Shown here one piece after another: positions 26,839-38,940 of a DNA stretch of 64,000 bases. Source of the DNA: Camelus dromedarius (taxonomy: Eukaryota); assembly GCF_036321535.1 (NCBI RefSeq), contig NC_087437.1, positions 32,614,001 through 32,678,000 on the forward strand. The letters are read 5' to 3'. Made by a program: the position numbers and the translations under genes. Each line of letters begins with the position of its first letter. Position 1 is the stretch's first letter. Under the pieces are notes generated by a model. The model saw only the letters and a list, made by a program, of their open reading frames with translations. It searched no databases and was not told where the DNA came from.

Positions 26839-28252
26839 AAAGAAATGGAAGGGATAAGGAGAAAAAAGTTAAGTATTTCACATCTTATGCACTGAACTTG
26901 GGTATTTTAATTTTTAACAATGGAAACACATTCACATAGTTTTTAAAATTTCATAAAACAAGAAATTTGAATTCACTGAAAGATGTAATTGCAGAGGAAC
27001 TTCTAAAGTTTCAGCATCATGCACAGTGACCTTTTACAGGCTCCAGAGAACACCATTTCTCTTACTGAGCCAGAAGAAAAACTGACATCAAATTGTGCAT
27101 TTTAGAAAGAAAAAATTGTTTCAAGGAACCTCGAGAAATCTGAAATAGATATGAATGTTAGAAACTCAGCTTTCTAAAATGGAAAGGATATCCCTGAGGC
27201 AAAACCACAGGAAACACAGGCAGGGTCATGAAAAGAAGTGGAACTTTTAGACTATGTCATGGATGCTATTTAGGGCAAAACAAGCAACCAACCTTGGAAG
27301 TCTGCGTCCAGAGGTCGACTCCCCAAAGATGGGCGTGCCTTTCAACAGTTTCTTTGCACACCTATCATAAGCTGTATTTCTGAATCTGTACATCAATTGG
27401 TCATAAAGCTGGGAATGCCTGTATCTTATCTCAGGAAAGGAAGAGAGGAAAAATAAGATGTGTTAAGTGGTTCTTATATACCAGCCACTGGGCTAAAATA
27501 TTGCATAATCAACTCAGTTAAGCAACTAACAAACTCTAGAGTGTGTGTTTATAAACCTTATATGTGAAAACATTTTAAGTGCAGTATGAAGAGCTCTAGG
27601 GCAACAACCAGATTCATTCTTCTTTGTTTCCACAGTCCCTAGCACAAGACTAAGCACCTAGTAACTACTAGGTGTTCAATAAATGTTTACAGGTTGATTG
27701 GCTAGGCAACAAAAGGTGGTCATTCATAGGAACTCTGTAACTCAATCTTGCAAATCCTGTAAAACAAGAATAAACAGAAGATCTCTCTAAATAAGCACTA
27801 ATTTTGTGCTGTAAATTGTCCTGGATATTTTACATATATCACTTCACTCAATCCTCATAAAACTCAACCAGGTAGGTTTTATTACTTAAGAGATGAGAAA
27901 GCTGAAGCCCAGCAATACTGACCTGGCCATGGTCATTTTGGTAATCAGCAAAGCTGGATTGAAACCAAGTCTATCTGACTCCAAACTTCATGCTGTTTCC
28001 CCTCTAGCCCAGCACTTTTTCAAAACAAATTCCCTGGTGATTCTACAGGGAAAAAACTCTAATATATTTAGTTTGCATATCTGGATTTTGTATACCTCAT
28101 TTGCTTAAGGAACACAAAGATATATGCAGATTTTTCCAGATTTTTAGTGGACATTGACTTTTGCTTTACACCATGCATGGTAAAGTAGAACCAGTCTACT
28201 CTTCAAAGTTTTGTTTTGTTTTTTATGTGTCTTTTTTTAAGTTTACACTAGA

Positions 28253-28599
28253 TCACAGAAGAAATCAAACAAGAAATCAAAAAACACCCAGAGATAAATG
28301 AAAACAAAACCACAACAATAAAAAATGGATGGGATGCAGCTAACACAGTTCTAAGAGGGAAGTTTATAGCAGGAAACAAGAAAAATCTCAAATAAACAAC
28401 CTAACACTATACTTGAAGCAACTAAAGAAAGAAGAACAAACAAAACCCAAAATTTGCAGAAGGAAGAAAATCATAAAGATCAGAGCAGAAATAAATGAAA
28501 TAGAAACAACAACAAAAAAAAATAGAAAAGATCAATGAAGCTAAAAGCTGATTCTCCGAAAAGGTAAACAAAATTGATAAATCTTTAGCCAGACTCATC

Positions 28600-28630
<31 letters not shown>

Positions 28631-31165
28631 TTGGGGGCGGGAAGAGGTCCCTAATCAGTAAAATTAGAAATGAAAAAAGAGAAGTTACAATCAACACCAC
28701 AGAAATACAAAGGATCATAAGCGACTACCACAAGCAACTATATGCCAATAAAATGGAGAGACTAGAAGAAATGGACAAATTCTTAGAAAGGTATAAACTC
28801 CCAAGACTGGACCAGGAAGAAATAGATAATATGAACAGACCAATTACAAGTGCTTAAACTGAATTCATAATGTAAAAACTTCCAACAAACAAAAGTCCAG
28901 AACCAGAATGTTTCACAGGTGAATTCTACCGAACATTTAGGGAAGAGTTAACACCTATTCTTCTAAAACTATTCCAAAATATTGGAACTAATTCTATGAA
29001 GCCAGCATCACTCTGATACCAAAACTAGACAAAGATATCACAAAAAAGAAAATTATACACCAACATCACTAATAAACATAGATGGAAAAATCCTCAACAA
29101 AATACTAACTATCTCCAACAAAACATTAAAAGGATCATACACCATGATCAAGTGGGATTTATCCCAGGGATGCAAAATTTTTTCAGTACTCGCAAACCAA
29201 TCCATGTGATACACTACATCATCAAATTGAAGAATAAAAAACATATGATAATTGCTATAGATCTGTTGCATTTCCATACACTAACAATGAAATATTAGAA
29301 AGAAAATTTAAGGAAACAATCCCACTTACTAGCATCAAAAAGAATAAAATACCTAGGAATAAACCTACCTAAGGAGGCAAAATACCTGTACTCTGAAAAC
29401 TATAAAAGGCTGATGAAAGAAATTGAAGATAACACAAATAGATGGAAAAGACATACTGTGATCTAGGATTGGAAGAATCAGTATTGTTAAAGTGACCATA
29501 CTACTCAAGGCAATTTACAGATTCAATGCAATCTCTATCAAATTACAAATGGCATTTTTCACAGAAATGGAACAAAAAATTTTTAATTTGTATGCAAACA
29601 CAAAATACCCTGTATGGCCAAAACAATCTTGAGAAAGAAGAGAGCTGAAGAAATCATGCTCCCTGATTTCAGACTATACCACAAAGCTACAGTAATCAAA
29701 ACAGTATAGTACTGGCACAAAAACAGACACAGAGATCAATGGAACAGGATAGAAAGCCCAGAAATAAAACCACACACCTATGGTCAATTAATCTATGACA
29801 AGGGAGGCAAGAATATACAATGGAGATAAGACAGTTTTCAATAAGTGGTGCTGGGAAAATTGGACAGCTTCCTGTAAAAGACTGAAATTAGAACATTCTC
29901 TAACACCATATACAAAAATAAGCTTAAAATGGATTAAAGTTTAAATGTAAGACCAGATACTATACAACTACTAGGGGGAAACATAGGCAGGACACTCTTT
30001 GACATAAACGACAGCAGTATTTTTTTGGATCCATCCCCTAGAGTAATGGAATAAAAGCAAAAATAAACAAATGGGACCTAATTAACCTTAAAGTTTTTTG
30101 CACAGCAAAGGAAGCCACAAAGAATATGATAAGACAACTGACAGAATGGGAGAAAATATTTGCAAATGATGTGACCAACAAGGTATTAATTTCCAAAATA
30201 TACAAACAGCTCACACAGCTCAATATCAAAAAACAAACAACCCAATAAAAAAAATAGGCAGAAGATCTAAATAGACATCTCTCCAAAGAAGACATACAGA
30301 TGACCAACAAGCACATGAAAAGATATTCAACATCACTAATTGTTAGAGAAATGCAAATCAAAACTACAATGAGATATCACCTCACACCACTCAGAATGGC
30401 CATCATTAAAAAGTCTATAAACAATAAACGCTAGAGAGGGTGTGGAGAAAAAGGAACCCTTCTACATTGTTGGTAGGAATGTAAATTGGTGCAGCCACTA
30501 TAGAGAACAGTTTGGAAGTTCCTTAAAAAACTAAAAATAGACTTACCATATGATCCAGCAATCCCACTACTGGGCCTATATCCAGAGAAAACTCTAACTC
30601 AAAAAGACATATGTTCACAGCGGTTCTATTTACAATAGCCAAGACATGGAAGCAACCTAAATGTCCATTGACAGATGAATGGATTGAAAAAGATTGGTAT
30701 ATTTACACAATGGAATATTACTCAGCCATAAAAAGAATGAAATAATGCCATTTGCAACAACATGGGTGGATCTAGAGATTATCATACTAAGTGAAGTAAA
30801 TCAGAGAAAGACAAATATTATATGACATCACTTAGGTGTAATCTAGAAACATGATACAAATGAACTTATTTACCACGAATAGACTCACAGTCATAGAAAA
30901 CAAACTTATGGTTACCAGACAGAAAAGGAGGGGTATAAATTTGGAATTTGGGATTAACAGATACACACTGCTAAATATCAAATAGATAAACAACAAGGAC
31001 CTACCATAGAGCACAAAGAACTGTATTCGATATCTTATAATAACCTATAACGGCAAAGAATATATAGAAGAAAACATATATGTATATGTATATTGAATCA
31101 CTTTGCTGTACATCTGAAATATTGTGTACCAACTGTACCACAATAAAAAATGATAAAATTTTTAA
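28253..31165 (+). mobile_element. 5'-truncated L1 (~2.9 kb) with perfect 14-bp TSD and internal deletion of the RT core
   Basis: Degenerate ORF2 and 3'UTR; TSD aagtttacactaga at 28239-28252 and 31166-31179. Confidence 0.93.
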
Positions 31166-31559
31166 AAGTTTACACTAGACATGGTCTAGAATGTTTATGG
31201 ATAGCCACCCCTCAATCTGGATTTTACCTTAAATAACTCAAATTACTAGAATACCCAAACATCAGAAATTTTTGCCTCATGTTATAAGGAAGTGTGAGGC
31301 TCTCTGGAGAATGCTGTTTCCAATCAATTAGCTCTCCAGTGCCCCACACCTTGCAAGCCTTCTTCTAAGCCTTCTTCTGCTTTTCAAATTGCTGACCCAC
31401 GGTCCTTCATCTTCTCTCCCAGTAGCTCTCCTCACCTCCTACTCTAGCAGGTTGAAGTTACCTGACCATCTTCCCATCACAGCCATGTGCTTACTTATAT
31501 CTGTGTTCATCCTTCTCCTCCTGATCTCTTACTGTTGAGCAGGCGTCCCTTTCCCTATG

Positions 31560-32530
31560 CTCCAGGTCTCACCCCACCCTCCCCAGCCTTCTCAGGAATC
31601 TTGAAAAAATGGCTTACGGTTATCCTCTTTCCTGTTATCTCTAACCTCTCTTTACTGGAGTCTTCATATCAGTATTTTTTTAATTTAAAATTATAAACCT
31701 TCTAAATCCCACATCCCCTCAACTTTCTGCTCTGACTCTTTCCTTCACTTCACAGCCTAACTTTTTGAGAGAATTAACCTCAACTCTATATCTTCACCTC
31801 TCATTTCCCTTCAATGCACTCCTAGCTGGATTTTTGTCTCTACCCTTCCCCCAGATGACCTTTCCACATATTATAAAAGGTCTCCTTATAACAAATCCAG
31901 TAGACATGACTCAGGCCCCCTCTGAACTTGATCTCTTAGCAGCATTGGCACAGGTGACTACTGTCTCCATTAAGACACACTCTTCCTTAATTCCCAAGAA
32001 ACACTGAATTTTCTCCTACATCTTTGGCCTCCATTTTCAGTTCTATTTTCAGGGATCCTCCTGCTCTTCTTGACCATGAAATGTGGGTGCTCCTTATGCC
32101 TTCCCCAGTCTCCCTTCTCTTTGCACGACCTACTCTCTTAGAGGCACTCACATGAACTCCTTGACTTCAGCTACATCTGTACATCACCAACCCCCAACCT
32201 CTAACACAAGCCTAGACCTCTCTTCTGAGTTCCAGACCAATCCATAAATTTATGTGCCTAACCTGTCACATCTGCCACCTACTATTTCGATCTCAACAGG
32301 CCCACAATGGAATGAATCATCTCCCTGCATATCTCCTCCTTACGTATTCCCTTTTCAGTAAACAGTAGCACTGTCCAAACAGCTTTTCAAGTTCCATATC
32401 AGGAGTATTCTTTGACTTTTCCATCTTCCTCACTCCCAACACTGACTCTATGAGCAAATCTTATTTATTCTGACGCTTATTAATTAAAATGTTACTTTCT
32501 CAAAGAAGCCTTTTTTAACTCCCTAAACCT
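31560..32530 (+). mobile_element. L2 LINE fragment(s)
   Basis: Pyrimidine-rich L2-like sequence: caaatccagtagac...cttgatctcttagcagcattggcacagg...ctctcttctgagttccagacc. Confidence 0.65.
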
Positions 32531-32857
32531 GGTTAAATCTACTGTTACAGAATTACTGTATTCCCAAAGAATACAATTCTGCACACTCACTGAACTTGAA
32601 ATTGTTCCATGTATAAGAGTGAGTAGAATTGCTGGGTCAAAGGTTATGTGCATTTAAAATATTGACAAATTGTCAAATTACCAAACAGCCACCAACTGAT
32701 TTTGTTTGTTCTTTTTACATTGCCAGTATTAAACACATTTACATAAGTATTGTTTTGCAACATATTTGTCACAGTTGTTTGATCATAGTCTTTTTAATGA
32801 ATTTAATGATCCTCATAAGTCCTTTTATGACCTAGCTTCCCATTTTCTAGTTTCTTT

Positions 32858-34851
32858 TTTTTTTAACATTTTTTATTGATTTATAATCATTTTACAATGT
32901 TGTGTCAAATTCCAGTGTTCAGCACAATTTTTCAGTCATACATGGACATATACACACTCATTGTCACATTTTTTTCTCTGTGAGCTACCATAACATTTTG
33001 TGTATATTTCCCTGCGCTATACAGTATAATCTTGTTTATCTATCCTACAATTTTGAAATCCCAGTCTATCCCTTCCCACCCTCCACCCCCCTAGCAACCA
33101 CAAGTCTGTATTCTCTGTCTATGAGTCTATTGCTTTCCTGTATTTACGCTTTGTTTTTGTTTGCTTGTTTGTTTTTGTTTTTGTTTTTTAGATTCCACAT
33201 ATGAGCGATCTCATATGGTATTTTTCTTTCTCTTTCTGGCTTACTTCACTTCGAATGACATTCTCCAGGAGCATCCATGTTGCTGCAAATGGCATTATGT
33301 TGTCGGTTTTTATGGCTGAGTAGTATTCCATTCTATAAATATACTACTTCTTCTTTATCCATGTTGATGGACATTTAGGCTGTTTCCATGTTTTGGCTAT
33401 TGTAAATAGTGCTGCTATGAACATTGGGGTGCAGGTGTCATCCTGAAGTAGGGTTCCTTCTGGAACAAGCCCAGGAGTGAGATTCCTGGGTCATACGGTA
33501 AGTCTATTCCTAGTCTTTTGAGGAATCTCCACAGTTTTTCATAGTGGCTGCACCAAACTGCTTTCCTACCAGCAGTGTAGGAGGGTTCCCCTTTCTCCAC
33601 AGCCTCTCCAGCATTTGTCATTTGTGGATTTTTGAATGACGGCCATTCTGACTGGTGTGAGGTGATACCTCATTGTAGTTTTAATCTGCATTTCTCTGAT
33701 AATTAGTGATATTGAGCATTTTCTTCATGTGCCTTTTGATCACTTGTATGTTTTCCTTGGAGAGTTGCTTCTTTAGGTCTTCTGCCCATTTTTGGATTGG
33801 AGAGTATTATGAAAAACTATATGGAACCAAACTGGATAACCTAGAGGAGATGGACAAGTTTCTGGAAACATACTGTCCACCAAGACTGAATCAAGAAGAA
33901 ACTGACCACTTGAACAATCTGATCACTAGAAAGGAAATAGAAATAGCAATTAAAAACCTCCCTACAAATAAAAGTCCAGGACCGGATGGCTTCACTGGGG
34001 AATTCTACCAAACATACAAAGAAGAACTCATACCAGTCCTTCTCAAACTCTTCCAGACGATTGAAAAGGAAGGAATACTCCCAAACTCATTCTATGAAGC
34101 CACCATCACCCCGATACCAAAACCAGGCAAAGACACTACAAAAAAAGAGAATTATAGGCCAATATCACTGATGAACATAGACGCCAAAATCCTCACCAAA
34201 ATTTTAGCAAATAGAATCCAACAACACATAAAAAAGATTATACATCATGACCAAGTGGGGTTCATCCCAGGGACACAAGGCTGGTTCAACATACACAAAT
34301 CAATCAATGTAATACATCCCATCAACAAGAGAAAGGACAAAAACCACATGATCATCTCAATTGATGCAGAAAAAGCATTTGATAAAATTCAACACCTATT
34401 TATGATAAAAACTCTCGCCAAAGTGGGTGTAGTGGGAACATATCTCAACATAATCAAAGCTATATAATGACAAACCTACAGCCAGCATAGTACTCAACAG
34501 TGAAAAATTCAAAAGCTTCCCACTAAAATCTGGGACAAGACAAGGATGCCCACTATCACCACTCTTATTCAACATAGTCCTGGGAAGTCCTAGCCACAGC
34601 AATCAGGCAAGAGAGAGAAATAAAAGGGATCCAAATTGGAAAAGAAGAGGTCAAAGTGTCACTATATGCCGACGACATGTTACTATATATAGAAAACCCT
34701 AAAAGGTCCACACAAAAACTACTAGAGCTGATTGAAGAATTCAGCAAAGTAGCAGGTTACAAAATTAACGTTCAAAAATCAGTTGCATTTCTTTACACTA
34801 ACGATGAATCAACAGAAAGAAAAAGTAAAGAAACAATCCCCTTTAAAATAA
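32858..34851 (-). mobile_element. Young L1 with 5' inversion (twin-priming structure)
   Basis: 32858-33800 is a reverse L1 3' end with poly-T. 33801-34850 is forward ORF2 (EYYEKLY...[15 protein letters not shown]...[11 protein letters not shown]...YADD...KETIPFKI). Possible TSD tttcttt at 32851-32857 and 34852-34858. Confidence 0.9.
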
Positions 34852-35029
34852 TTTCTTTATCTTTATTCATCTCTTTGTTGCCAGAGTTTTACTACTAAGT
34901 TTTTTTTCAAGGACTCAAAGATACTACATTTGCTTAATGCTTGCATATTTGACAATGTCGTTCTGCCATTGTAATCAAATAACTACAGAATTTGTCAAAA
35001 TATTGTATTATATATAGCCTAATATTGAA

Positions 35030-36560
35030 TTGGCAGAAGAGTAGGCAAATTGACCAATGCGACAGAATAGAGACTCAGTATATATAAAAATTTAATGTAT
35101 AATAAAAGTGATATTTATATTCAAAAATAGTATTGGCACAATGAGCTATCTGAAGAAATAAAGTTAGACCTTTATATTAGACTATATTGAAAAATTAATT
35201 CAGATGAATTAAAATCTTAAATGTAAAATTTAAAATAACACATATCTTGCAAGAACATATAGGAAACTATAGGTACAGCTACTGGTAGGGGAATTTTTAA
35301 CTCAGGCAAGAAACCTAGAAGCCATAAAATAAAACGTAGACCCTGTAAATATATATACTTTTAACTGAAGATGTATATACAGTAAAAGATACCATAAACA
35401 ATAAATAATAAAGTTGCAAAACTATTTGTAATGCAGATGACAGATAAAGGGTTAATATTCTTAGGTTATAGAAGCCATAACTAAAGGGGAAAATGAATAA
35501 AAGGGGTGTGTGTGTATACACATACATATAGCAAATACAAATAGTCAACAAGCATGAAAAAATGCTCCAAATCACTACTAGATAATGGAAATTAAAGGGC
35601 AATGCAATACCAATTTATACCACTAAAACTAAAAAATGTAAGAAAAGCTATAAGGTGTTTAAGTGTATTATAAAAGTATGGAATTAGTATAAGAATAAAC
35701 AGAAAGATAAATGGAATAGAACAGAAAATCCAGAAATTTGTTCAAGTAGTTGTAAGAATATATTATGTGACAAAGGTAAGATTTAAAATCAATAACAAAA
35801 TATAAATTATTTGACAACGATATTGATTGAACTGAGCAAGCATCTAGGGAAAAGTTAACTCTTCATTTCATACAATACACCAAAATAAATTTCAGATAAA
35901 CTAATGATTTCAATATTAAAAATGGAACCATAAAGATACTGGAAAAATAGACATACACCTGTGTGTGTCTATACACAAATACAGATACTCTTGACATAGA
36001 AGGCTTTTATCAAGTATTGCACTAATGATGAAAACTGTAAATATGAAAACAAATATATGTATGTATATGCATGACTGGGACATTGTGCTGTACACCAGAA
36101 ATTGACACATTGTACCTGACTGTACTTCAATTAAAAAGAGCAAAAAAAAAAAAAAGAAAACCATAAAAAAGAATGATAAATTTAACTGCACCAAAATGAA
36201 AATAAAAACTAGAGTTCATGACAAAGTCAACAAAATAATATTAGAAAAAAATTAGGTTGGATTTTACCTCACATTTTGTAAGAAAATGAACTCCAGATAT
36301 GTTCATTATTTAACGTATTAAATAAATGACAAAAATATTAGGAGAAAATACAAATAAATGGTTACATGATCTTTGGGTAGGAAAAGACTTCCTAATCATG
36401 ATTTTAAAAACAGCAAAAGTCATAAAGGAAAATGCTGATATAACTGACTGCTTAAAACTTTATAATTTCTACATGCACACAAAAAGAATGTGTACAAAAT
36501 TGAAACATATCATGCAAATTATTAAAGAAAAATAGCACATCTGTGACAAAATGTAATTAT
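35030..36560 (+). mobile_element. Degenerate old L1 ORF2 fragments, with a short young L1 3' end inserted at ~36042-36155
   Basis: Decayed ORF2-like sequence (gaccaatgcgacagaatagagac; ataaatggaatagaacagaaaatccagaaat). The insert is flanked by gaaaactgtaaa and gaaaaccataaa. Confidence 0.65.
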
Positions 36561-36579
36561 ATATTTAATACATAATGGT

Positions 36580-37525
36580 GAATATCTGAATTCAAACATT
36601 GGTAAATGGTTCATACAACTTAGTAAGAAAAAAAAAACCCAATCCAAAAATGAGCAGAAGACCTAAACAAGCAATTCTCCAATGAAGACATACAAATAGC
36701 CAATAGGCACATGAAAATATGCTCATTATTGCTACTTATCAGAGAAATGCAAATCAAAACTACAACAAGGTATCACCTCACATCAGTCAGAATGACCATC
36801 ATTCAAAAATCCACAAACAATAAATGCTGGAGAGGCTGTGGAGAAAAAGGAACCCTCTTACACTGTTGGTGGGAATGTAGTTTGGTTGCAGCCATTATGG
36901 AAAACAATATGGAGATTCCTCAAAAGACTAATAATACACTTACCATATGATCCAGCAATCCCACTCCTAGGCATATAGACAGAGGGAACCTTAATTCAAA
37001 AAGATACATGCATCCCAATGTTCATAACAGCACTATTTACAGCAGCCAAGACACGGACACAACCTAAATGTCCATCAACAGATGACAGGATAAAGAAGCT
37101 GTCATATATTTATACAATGGAATACTACTCACTCTTAAAAAAGAATAAAATAATGTCATTTGCAGCAACATGGATGAACCTGGAGAATGTCATTGTAAGT
37201 GAAGTAAGTGAGAATGAGAAAGAAAAAGACCATATGATATCACTTATATGTGGAATAAAAAAAAAAGACAAACGAACTTATGTATAAAACAGAAACAGAC
37301 TCATAGACATGGAAAATAAACTTATGGTTACCAGGGAGGGAAGGGGGTAGGAAGGGGTAAATTGGGAGTTCAAGATTTGCAGATATTCAATATCTTGTAG
37401 TAATTTAATGATGAAAAAGACTATGAAATGAAAATATGTATGTTCCTATATGAGTGAAGCATTGTGCTATACACCAGACATTGATACAACATTGTAAACA
37501 TTTTTATACTTTAATTTAAAAAAAG
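36580..37525 (+). mobile_element. 5'-truncated L1 3' end
   Basis: [46 protein letters not shown] (ORF2 C-terminal Cys-rich region), 3'UTR and A-tail. Confidence 0.9.
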
Positions 37526-37529
37526 AGTT

Positions 37530-38100
37530 AAAAATTGTCAAATGACACAAATTGGCAATTCATTCAAGAGAAGAATAATAAACAGCTAAAAGAATTTGGG
37601 AAATACTGATTCTCACTAGAAAGTAAAGGAATATAAAATAAAACAGAAATAAGATGCTTTTTCAAATAAATACATATATTAAATTATAACATTCAATGTT
37701 GGTAAGATCTGTAGGGAAAAAGACTCTCTCATACATAGCTGATAGGAGTACAAACAAGCAAAACTTTTGATCCAACAGCACAACTTATGGGATCTGGCAT
37801 AAGACACTAATCAAAAGTGTATCCATATATTTAGTTATAAAAATATCTATTATAGCACTGCTTATAAGAGAAAAAATTGGTAATAAGTATTTAACAATAA
37901 ATATTTTAAGTAAGATCTATGTATAATAGAATATAATACAGTCAGCAAAAAATTGTGGTATTAGATCTATATTTATTGACATAGAATTATGTCCACATGA
38001 TGTTATGGAGTTAAAAAAACATATTTTCAATCATCAGTATAGGTACACATAATATTTTATGAGTATCTTTACATTGACAAGTATGTAGAAAACTGTTATT
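37530..38100 (+). mobile_element. Old L1M fragment
   Basis: Decayed ORF2-end/3'UTR similarity (aatgttggtaagatctgtagggaaaagactctctcatacatagctgatagga). Confidence 0.55.
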
Positions 38101-38804
38101 AATATTATTAACTAGCCATTTTTAGCATATCTCAAAACTATCTCAACATTTTGACCAGTAATTATCTCTGGATAATTTCCCTGAGACACCTAAACAATGT
38201 CCCCTTCTTTCAGGAGTGTTACAAATGATCATCAAAATCCAAGTAGCTGATACATTCAGAACTCTTCAGAAAAGGATGGTACATGACACCTCTGGAAGTG
38301 AGAGTGCTTCATACATGCTACCCACCAGCTCCGTCACTTATTTCCCACTGCACTCCTGTAAAGTATGTGAATATTCCAAGCTTAAGTTTCAGGACAAAAG
38401 TAAGAGCAAAGTGATTTGGTCAGACTATAGGGGAGCCATTTGAGTTCGAGTCATAGGCTCCTAAACATCTGGAGCCACTCCTCCCTTTGGGTAAACCTAC
38501 AGCTCTGTCATTTCCTATTTCTGCAGATTAATAATGGAGGCCCATTCAGTCTTCAGTTGTAGGAGGTCTCACCCTTGCTAATTACCCTTGGAAACGCCTG
38601 AACATGACATGGTGAGGAGCAGGGTCAGGAACTTAGCTTGAGTTATTTGGATTTCTTTCAAATAAATTTATCTCATGTTTTCATATGCACCTATACACAT
38701 ATAAGCACGTATATAACTTTTTCTATATCACTGCAAATACATATATTTTGCATTGCTGATTGTTCAGTGAAAGAAGTGTAACTCAACTGCAAATGGAAAT
38801 AGGT

Positions 38805-38940
38805 ACCTGTTATAAAATAAATGTCACAGGGAGGTAATGTACATACAGCACAGGGAATATAATTAATAATATTATAATATGTTGTACACCTGAAACTAAT
38901 ATAATAAGTCAACTATACTTCAATAAAAACAAAAAACAAG
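38805..38940 (+). mobile_element. Short L1 3' end
   Basis: tacagcacagggaatata...tgttgtacacctgaaactaatataat...aactatacttcaataaaaa. Confidence 0.75.

Noticed and set aside
33706..34898. RT-containing ORFs as a functional reverse transcriptase or novel retro-system
   Set aside because: Ordinary L1 ORF2 fragment with no endonuclease or ORF1, interrupted by frameshifts, inside an inverted truncated insertion.
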